DNA from: Clostridia bacterium
GTDB lineage: Bacteria; Bacillota; Clostridia; Oscillospirales; CAG-272
Direction: 5' to 3'
Length of the DNA stretch: 64,000 nt
NCBI GenBank assembly: GCA_017464565.1
Contig: JAFTZH010000008.1
Span: 66,485-130,484 of the forward strand
Shown: piece by piece, positions 58,052 through 64,000 of the stretch
Numbering within the stretch: the stretch's first letter is position 1
Layout of the letters: each line of letters starts with the position of its first letter
Notes under the pieces: generated by a model
Told to the model about the DNA's origin: nothing
Database searches by the model: none
Seen by the model: only the letters and a program-made list of their open reading frames with translations
Translations under genes and position numbers: made by a program

Positions 58052-58085
58052 GGGGGAGGGACTTTTTGCAAAAAGTCCCTCCCCC
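58052..58085. repeat. REP-like perfect palindrome GGGGGAGGGACTTTTTGCAAAAAGTCCCTCCCCC
   Basis: 34-nt perfect palindrome, 6 nt after the AraC stop, between convergent genes. Confidence 0.9.
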
Positions 58086-58108
58086 ATAATATCTATATAT
58101 TTATATAA

Positions 58109-58699
58109 CTATTTCCCTCTTCCAACGAGAGAAAGATATTCGTCGTAGGTGCAGATGAGCTTGAGGGTTGCGAGAAGGGCGTTAGAAGTCATTCCGGCGG
58201 GGAGTTCGAGGGCTTTGGCAATCTCGTCGCGCCGCGCCGCGCTGCGCTCCCCGCCCATAAGTCCGTCGGTATAAAAATCTGCCTTTGAGAGAGGATTTTC
58301 CAACGCGGAGACAAACGCCTTTTCGTCCTCGTATGGCTTTAGGATATCGTAGAGTATCTGATTATCAATCCCCTCAACCCCTAGATTTCCCTCGGCGGAA
58401 TATTCGCTTTTTCTCTTTTCCTTCCCCTTTATCTGCGGGGTATAGAGCTGAATTATCTTATCCTGCGGTATTGCGGAGGTCAGATGAGCGCGTATGAGCT
58501 TCCCCGCCCCGTCGCTGTCGGTAAGCACGATTATCGGCAATTTCTCGGCAAGCTTCCGTATCAAAGCGAGCTTCTCGCTCTTTTTAAAAATCCCGAAGCC
58601 GTCGGTCGTGATTATCCGAGCATCGCAGATATTCAGAAGCTTCAGCCTGTCGTATTTCCCTTCCACTATTATGGTGTAGGGTATTTTAAGCTTATCCAT
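58109..58699 (-). CDS. Toprim-domain protein (RNase M5-like N-terminus with a DUF4093-like C-terminus)
   Basis: IIVEGKYD...VLTDSDGAG Toprim acidic motifs. 196 aa. Confidence 0.8.
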   Translation of the reverse strand: MDKLKIPYTIIVEGKYDRLKLLNICDARIITTDGFGIFKKSEKLALIRKLAEKLPIIVLTDSDGAGKLIRAHLTSAIPQDKIIQLYTPQIKGKEKRKSEYSAEGNLGVEGIDNQILYDILKPYEDEKAFVSALENPLSKADFYTDGLMGGERSAARRDEIAKALELPAGMTSNALLATLKLICTYDEYLSLVGRGK

Positions 58700-58708
58700 A
58701 CGCCGTAC

Positions 58709-59539
58709 CTATCCCGCTATCAGAAAATAAGCTATAACGACCGCGCCGAGAATTATTCTGTAAACACCGAACGCCGAGAAGGTATGACGCTTGACGTAAT
58801 CCATAAGATATCTTATCGCGGCGAGCGACACGAGAAAGGCGACGAGACAGCCTACCGCGAGTATTATCCATTCATTCATCGTAACGCTAACGCCGCTGAG
58901 CGCGAATTTCACGATTTTAAGCAGGCTTGCCCCTGCCATAGTGGGTATCGCCATAAAGAACGAAAATTCGGCGGCGGCGGTTCTCGAAAGCCCGAAAAGC
59001 ATAGCTCCGAGTATAGTAGACCCCGAACGCGAGGTTCCCGGAATTATAGCGAGGACCTGAAAAGCGCCTATCAGAAGTGCCTCCTTATAGGTTATCTTAT
59101 CGGCACTGTCAGCCACAGAGGCGACAGGCTTTCTGACCTTCTCTATGAGTATAAAAGCGATACCGTAAACGATAAGAGCTATCGCCACCACGACGTAATT
59201 ATAAAAATGCTCGTTGAACCAATCGTCAAGCAAAAGACCGACGACGGCAGACGGAACTACCGCAACTATTATCTTGAACCACAGCGACCACGTTCCCCGC
59301 TTTTCCGCAACACTCTTTGAGGGCGCGAAGGGATTGAGTCTTGAGAAGAACAGCACCACGACAGCGAGTATCGCGCCAAGCTGTATGACCACCTCGAACA
59401 TCTCCCAGAACTCGTCTGAAACGTCAAGCCTCAAAAACTCGTTCAGCAGTATCATATGTCCCGTCGAGCTTACGGGAAGCCATTCGGTTATTCCCTCAAC
59501 GATACCTAGAAGTATCGTCTTTAAAATTTCAATAAACAT
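58709..59539 (-). CDS. uppP: undecaprenyl-diphosphate phosphatase
   Basis: GIVEGITEWLPVSSTGH and PGTSRSGSTI BacA motifs. Confidence 0.95.
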   Translation of the reverse strand: MFIEILKTILLGIVEGITEWLPVSSTGHMILLNEFLRLDVSDEFWEMFEVVIQLGAILAVVVLFFSRLNPFAPSKSVAEKRGTWSLWFKIIVAVVPSAVVGLLLDDWFNEHFYNYVVVAIALIVYGIAFILIEKVRKPVASVADSADKITYKEALLIGAFQVLAIIPGTSRSGSTILGAMLFGLSRTAAAEFSFFMAIPTMAGASLLKIVKFALSGVSVTMNEWIILAVGCLVAFLVSLAAIRYLMDYVKRHTFSAFGVYRIILGAVVIAYFLIAG

Positions 59540-59566
59540 AAAGTCCGACCTTTCGAAGAATTTTAG

Positions 59567-60820
59567 TTATCTTCCAGAACGCATAATATCCCCCGCCTTT
59601 ACGTCAAAAGGAACTCTTACGTAAAAAAGCATCGCGGGATGAGGAGCCGAGCTTATCGGAGCGCCGCTCCCGTCGTACATCTCGCGAACCTCCACGGGCT
59701 CGCCCGTTCTGCGGGGAGAGATTATTTCCGCGCAGTCTCCCACGCTCACCTTGTTGCGCTGAATAAATTTGTATAACCTTCCGTTTTCGTTCTCAAGCAC
59801 GACTTCATCGGGAAGCTCATCGGAATTATATTCCACGGCCGTGGCAAAATATGCCTTATCCCTTATATACCCCGTATTACTCGATATCTGGGCGTTATCC
59901 ATAGGAGCGTCGAGATAATAGCCCGTGGCGTATTCTCGGTGAGACACGCTTTCAAGCTCTGTCATAAGCCTCTCGTCAAAGACGTATTCCACGGGATTTG
60001 CAAGATACGCGTCAATAGCCATACGGTAAGCGTTGGTAACCACCGCCGTATAGTACGCGCTCTTCATTCTTCCCTCTATCTTAAAGGAATCTATTCCCGC
60101 CTCTATAAGCTCGGGAACTATCCCGATAGTACACATATCCTTTGAGGACATTATAAACGTTCCCAGTTCACTCTCCTCTATCGGATACGGCTCGTCGGGA
60201 CGTTTTTCCTCGGTTATCCTGTAATTCCACCTGCAAGGCTGGGTACACGCCCCTCTGTTCGCGTCTCTTCCCGTAAGGCTGTTTGACAGCAGACATCTTC
60301 CACTGTAAGAAACGCACATAGAGCCGTGCACGAACGCCTCAAGCTCGACCTCTCCCGGCAGAGCGGCGCGTATCTCTCTTATCTCCGAAAGAGACAACTC
60401 TCTCGCGAGCACGAGCCTCTTCGCTCCAAGCTCGGCGTAAGCCAGCGCCGCCGCAGGACTTACTATGCTCGCCTGCGTCGAGACGTGTATCTCTGCGTCG
60501 GGAATTATATTTTTTATCTCACGCATAACTCCGAGGTCGGCAACGATAAATGCGTCCATTCCCGCCCCCGATATTTTTTCAAGATAGCTTCTGAGTCTCG
60601 GATATTCGGAAGCTCTCGGCATAGTATTTACGGTAAGATACAGCTTTTTTCCCGCCGAGTGAACGTACTCGGACGCCTCAAAAAGCTCCTCGTCGGTAAA
60701 ATTATCCGCCGCCGAGCGCATACCAAAGCAATTTCCCGCGAGATATACCGCGTCCGCTCCGTAAAGAAGCGCCGCCTTCAGCTTTTCAAAATTCCCTGCG
60801 GGAGACAATAATTCGGGCAT
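59567..60820 (-). CDS. U32-family peptidase-like protein
   Basis: MPELLSPAGN... N-terminus and the E..VHG..C.SYSGRCLLS U32 signature. Start taken at the ATG after GGGAGGGTGTAAA. Confidence 0.88.
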   Translation of the reverse strand: MPELLSPAGNFEKLKAALLYGADAVYLAGNCFGMRSAADNFTDEELFEASEYVHSAGKKLYLTVNTMPRASEYPRLRSYLEKISGAGMDAFIVADLGVMREIKNIIPDAEIHVSTQASIVSPAAALAYAELGAKRLVLARELSLSEIREIRAALPGEVELEAFVHGSMCVSYSGRCLLSNSLTGRDANRGACTQPCRWNYRITEEKRPDEPYPIEESELGTFIMSSKDMCTIGIVPELIEAGIDSFKIEGRMKSAYYTAVVTNAYRMAIDAYLANPVEYVFDERLMTELESVSHREYATGYYLDAPMDNAQISSNTGYIRDKAYFATAVEYNSDELPDEVVLENENGRLYKFIQRNKVSVGDCAEIISPRRTGEPVEVREMYDGSGAPISSAPHPAMLFYVRVPFDVKAGDIMRSGR

Positions 60821-60928
60821 TTTACACCCTCCCAAAACAAATCGTATTTTCTTAAATATTATAATACATCTCCCGCTTAATGTCAAGTCTAAGAGTCAGA
60901 CCTGTTGAGTCCCGCCCAAAGCTTGATA

Positions 60929-60957
60929 TTGACGGCAAGCGCTTTATATGTTATAAT
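60929..60957 (+). promoter_or_regulatory. candidate sigma-A promoter for the aldo/keto reductase gene (TTGACG-17-TGTTATAAT)
   Basis: The -35 element matches 5 of 6 positions, the spacer is 17 nt, and TATAAT is perfect with a TGn extension. Confidence 0.6.
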
Positions 60958-61010
60958 TAATAAAAACGGGATATAATAAAATCATCAAAACTTTTTGGAG
61001 GAAAAACGCC

Positions 61011-62009
61011 GTGAATTACTGTGCTTCTGATAAAAGATACGATAATATGGAATACGTAAGATGCGGAAAAAGCGGACTTAAGCTGCCAAGGCTCTCGCTC
61101 GGTCTTTGGCACAATTTCGGGGACAACGCCGACTATCAGAATATGAAGGCAATGTGCTTTACCGCGTTTGACAGCGGTATAACTCATTTCGACCTTGCGA
61201 ACAATTACGGACCCGCGGCGGGCGCCGCCGAAAGAAACTTTGGAAAAATCCTTGCGGATTCCCTCTCCCCGTACCGCGACGAGCTTATAATCAGTACCAA
61301 GGCGGGATACGATATGTGGGACGGTCCTTACGGAAATTTCGGAAGCCGAAAGCATCTGCTCGCAAGCCTTGACGCCTCTCTTGGCAGAATGGGGCTCGAT
61401 TACGTCGATATATTTTATCATCACCGCCCCGACCCCGAAACGCCTCTTGAGGAAACTATGGGCGCGCTTGCCCACGCCGTAACCAGCGGAAAAGCGCTGT
61501 ACGTAGGTCTTTCAAACTACGACGGAGATACTATGGCAAAAGCGGCGAAAATACTTGACACGCTTCACTGTCCGTTCGTTATAAATCAAAACCGATACTC
61601 TATGCTCTGCCGCACGATTGAGGAAAATGGGCTGAAGCAAGCCTCCATAAAACACGGAAAGGGCATTATTGCCTTCAGTCCGCTGGCGCAGGGCTTGCTC
61701 AGCGGAAAATATCTCACGAGCGTTCCCGAGGACAGCCGTATAAAAACCGACGGAAGATTTCTCAAAGAGAGCAGTATCACGCGGGAATATCTGAAAAAAG
61801 CCAAAAAGCTCAACGCTCTTGCCGCCGAACGCGGTCAGACGCTGTCACAGCTTGCTTTGAGCTGGATATTCAGCGACGGAGCTATAACGAGCGCTCTCGT
61901 GGGAGCGTCAAGACCGTCGCAGATAATTGAAAACGTAAACGCCCTTTCCTCCCCCGCGCTGTCGTCGGAGGAGCTTGAAAGTATAGAACACGATATACAA
62001 GATAAATAA
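61011..62009 (+). CDS. aldo/keto reductase (YghZ/GPR-like)
   Basis: ...GITHFDLANNYGP... and ...LSNY... motifs. GTG start 9 nt after GGAGG. 332 aa. Confidence 0.88.
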   Translation: MNYCASDKRYDNMEYVRCGKSGLKLPRLSLGLWHNFGDNADYQNMKAMCFTAFDSGITHFDLANNYGPAAGAAERNFGKILADSLSPYRDELIISTKAGYDMWDGPYGNFGSRKHLLASLDASLGRMGLDYVDIFYHHRPDPETPLEETMGALAHAVTSGKALYVGLSNYDGDTMAKAAKILDTLHCPFVINQNRYSMLCRTIEENGLKQASIKHGKGIIAFSPLAQGLLSGKYLTSVPEDSRIKTDGRFLKESSITREYLKKAKKLNALAAERGQTLSQLALSWIFSDGAITSALVGASRPSQIIENVNALSSPALSSEELESIEHDIQDK

Positions 62010-62020
62010 CACGCCCAAAA

Positions 62021-62057
62021 AGCGCGCAAGCCGTCCTTATGGCTTGCGCGCTTTTTG
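62021..62057 (+). terminator. rho-independent terminator after the aldo/keto reductase gene
   Basis: AGCGCGCAAGCC-guccuuau-GGCUUGCGCGCU followed by UUUUU. Confidence 0.85.
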
Positions 62058-62203
62058 AAAACGAATATAAATTTATCATCAAACAAGTCGTTTTTTTGAA
62101 ATTTTGATTAAAAATCAGAGCTTTTATATATAAAAAGCCAAAAAAAGCTATTGAATGTTGCTCTCTTTAATGCTACAATAAATACAGGAAGGGAGGCACG
62201 GAT

Positions 62204-63034
62204 ATGAAGCTTGAAGATTTCTTTATGCCCGACGATATTCAATATTCGTATTTTCTCTCCGAAAGGGACGAGATGTTATTCTCTCACGTCCACCCGAAAT
62301 TCGAAACCTATTTCTGTCCGGGAAAAAGAAAACAGCGTTCGGTCATAAACGGCAAGGAATATATCTACGATTTTCCCTGCGTCATCATATCCTCACCGTA
62401 TACGATACACTCAATGTCAAGCATAGAGGACGGTCAATACGAGCGAATGGTGGTATATTTCGGAGACAGAACACTTTCCGAATTCGGCGAAAGAATTGTC
62501 CCCATAGATTTTCTGCGCCAAAGCCCGGGGTATCTTATAGAGCTTTCCGATAGCGAAGCTGATGAGCTTGCCGATATATTGAGACCCGCTATGACCCGCT
62601 CCCCCGAGCTTTCCGAAAACGAAAAAGAGCTTGTATTTTTGCTTTTTCTCAACAGACTTACCGATATATGTGAAAAGGACAAAATAACTCCGATAGGAGA
62701 CACCGACCTTTATATCCAAAAGGTACTTAAATATATGACCGAGAACTTTGACGCGGGAATGACGGTAGACTCTATATGCGCAAAATTTGCCGTCAGCCGT
62801 TCAAAGCTTGACAGAGATTTCAAAGCCTTTTCGGACAGCACCGCTCACGATTTTCTTGACAGCTGCCGTCTTAACAGAGCAAAAAATCTTCTCCTGCGGG
62901 ACAGAGCCTCGAATATACGCGAGGTAGCGGAGCTTTGCGGCTTTCAAAGCGAAACTTATTTCTACTCTTTTTTCAAAAAATATACGGGGATATCCCCGAG
63001 AGAATACAGAAAAACGAACAAAAACGTTATTTAG
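62204..63034 (+). CDS. AraC-family transcriptional regulator
   Basis: C-terminal HTH (...ETYFYSFFKKYTGISPREYRK) and an N-terminal cupin-like sensor. Confidence 0.88.
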   Translation: MKLEDFFMPDDIQYSYFLSERDEMLFSHVHPKFETYFCPGKRKQRSVINGKEYIYDFPCVIISSPYTIHSMSSIEDGQYERMVVYFGDRTLSEFGERIVPIDFLRQSPGYLIELSDSEADELADILRPAMTRSPELSENEKELVFLLFLNRLTDICEKDKITPIGDTDLYIQKVLKYMTENFDAGMTVDSICAKFAVSRSKLDRDFKAFSDSTAHDFLDSCRLNRAKNLLLRDRASNIREVAELCGFQSETYFYSFFKKYTGISPREYRKTNKNVI

Positions 63035-63047
63035 AAAGGAAAAAACT

Positions 63048-64000
63048 ATGGGAAAGATTACGTTTATGGGTGCGGGAAGCACCGTATTCGCCAAAAACGT
63101 GATAGGCGACTCTATGATGCAGGAGTCTATGCACGACTTTGAGTTCTCCCTTTACGACATTGACGGAGAGAGGCTTGAAGAGTCGTTTATTATGGTAAAC
63201 GCACTCAACGAGAACGTGAACGGAGGAAGAGCGAAAGTAACGAAGCATCTTGGAGTCGAGAACAGAAAGGAGGCTCTGCGCGGAGCCGATTTCGTCGTAA
63301 ACGCCATACAGGTCGGCGGCTACGAGCCCTGCACGGTAACCGATTTTGAAATACCGAAAAAGTACGGTCTGCGTCAGACCATTGCCGATACGCTGGGTAT
63401 AGGCGGTATATTCCGCTCTCTGCGAACTATCCCCGTGCTTGAGGATTTTGCGAGAGATATGGCAGAGGTATGCCCCGACGCGTATTTCCTGAACTATACC
63501 AATCCTATGGCGGCTCTTACGGGCTTTATGCTGAGATATACCCCCATAAAGACGGTGGGGCTTTGCCACAGCGTTCAGGTCTGCACGAAGGAGCTTCTGA
63601 CGGGGCTTGGAATGTACGATACGGTAAAGAAACCGCTTAAAGAAAAAATCGCGGGTATAAACCATATGGCGTGGCTCCTTGAGCTTAAAGACGCCGACGG
63701 TGCCGACCTTCTGCCCGAGGTACGCCGACGCGCCTGCGGAATACTTGAAAATCCCCCCGAGGATTTCCGAGACCTCGTGCGTATGGAATATATAAGAAGG
63801 CTCGGATATTACTGCACCGAGTCAAGCGAGCACAACGCGGAGTACAACGCATTTTTTATCAAATCAAAATATCCCGAGATCATCGGCAAATACCGTATAC
63901 CTCTTGACGAATATCCGAGAAGATGCGTAAACCAGATAAACGGCTGGAAAACGGCTAAAGAAAAATATCTCTCGGGAGATATCACTCATACGCTCTCAAG
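63048..64000 (+). CDS. glycoside hydrolase family 4 enzyme (alpha-galactosidase/alpha-glucosidase type), 5' part; continues past the window end
   Basis: Absent from the ORF track because no stop lies inside the window. My translation is MGKITFMGAGSTVFAKN... (NAD-binding GxGS), with the GH4 signatures ...NYTNPMA...GLCHSVQ...GINHMAW... Confidence 0.85.
   Translation, partial: MGKITFMGAGSTVFAKNVIGDSMMQESMHDFEFSLYDIDGERLEESFIMVNALNENVNGGRAKVTKHLGVENRKEALRGADFVVNAIQVGGYEPCTVTDFEIPKKYGLRQTIADTLGIGGIFRSLRTIPVLEDFARDMAEVCPDAYFLNYTNPMAALTGFMLRYTPIKTVGLCHSVQVCTKELLTGLGMYDTVKKPLKEKIAGINHMAWLLELKDADGADLLPEVRRRACGILENPPEDFRDLVRMEYIRRLGYYCTESSEHNAEYNAFFIKSKYPEIIGKYRIPLDEYPRRCVNQINGWKTAKEKYLSGDITHTLS

Overview
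This is a 64-kb chromosomal segment of a Bacillota genome, probably a spore-forming member of the Clostridia. Sporulation markers support this (ytfI/ytfJ-like genes, a dacB-like gene, a PdaA-type deacetylase), as does an rnfCDGEAB operon. I cannot assign a species. The window is gene-dense (about 64 CDS) and mostly housekeeping. It carries tex, greA, lon-engB, lysA, scpAB, rluB, pcrA, a heterodimeric ABC exporter, plsC, the Rnf complex, ribF, asd, rsmI, ligA, a PiT phosphate transporter, the rpmH-rnpA-yidD-yidC-jag cluster, rplM-rpsI, uppP, and two AraC-linked glycoside hydrolase loci (GH172, GH4). I found no rRNA, tRNA, CRISPR array, transposase or integrase. The one clearly accessory element is a two-gene restriction-modification module at 22.1-25.3 kb. 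It fuses a PD-(D/E)xK nuclease-like domain to a gamma-class N6-adenine methyltransferase and pairs it with an HsdS-type specificity subunit. No HsdR translocase is present, which matches a BcgI/Type IIB-like architecture. The module sits 24 nt behind pcrA. Other points worth a second look: a dispersed family of near-identical GC-clamped palindromes (GGGGGAGGGACTTTTTGCAAAAAGTCCCTCCCCC) in three convergent intergenic regions; a hairpin-dense 350-bp intergenic region that is either a MITE or an ncRNA; a tandem pair of 30-nt perfect hairpins upstream of a DUF2953 gene whose N-terminal TM segment has no usable start codon; and an unlisted 31-codon membrane ORF. All functional calls come from reading the translations for family motifs and synteny. 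No database search was run.
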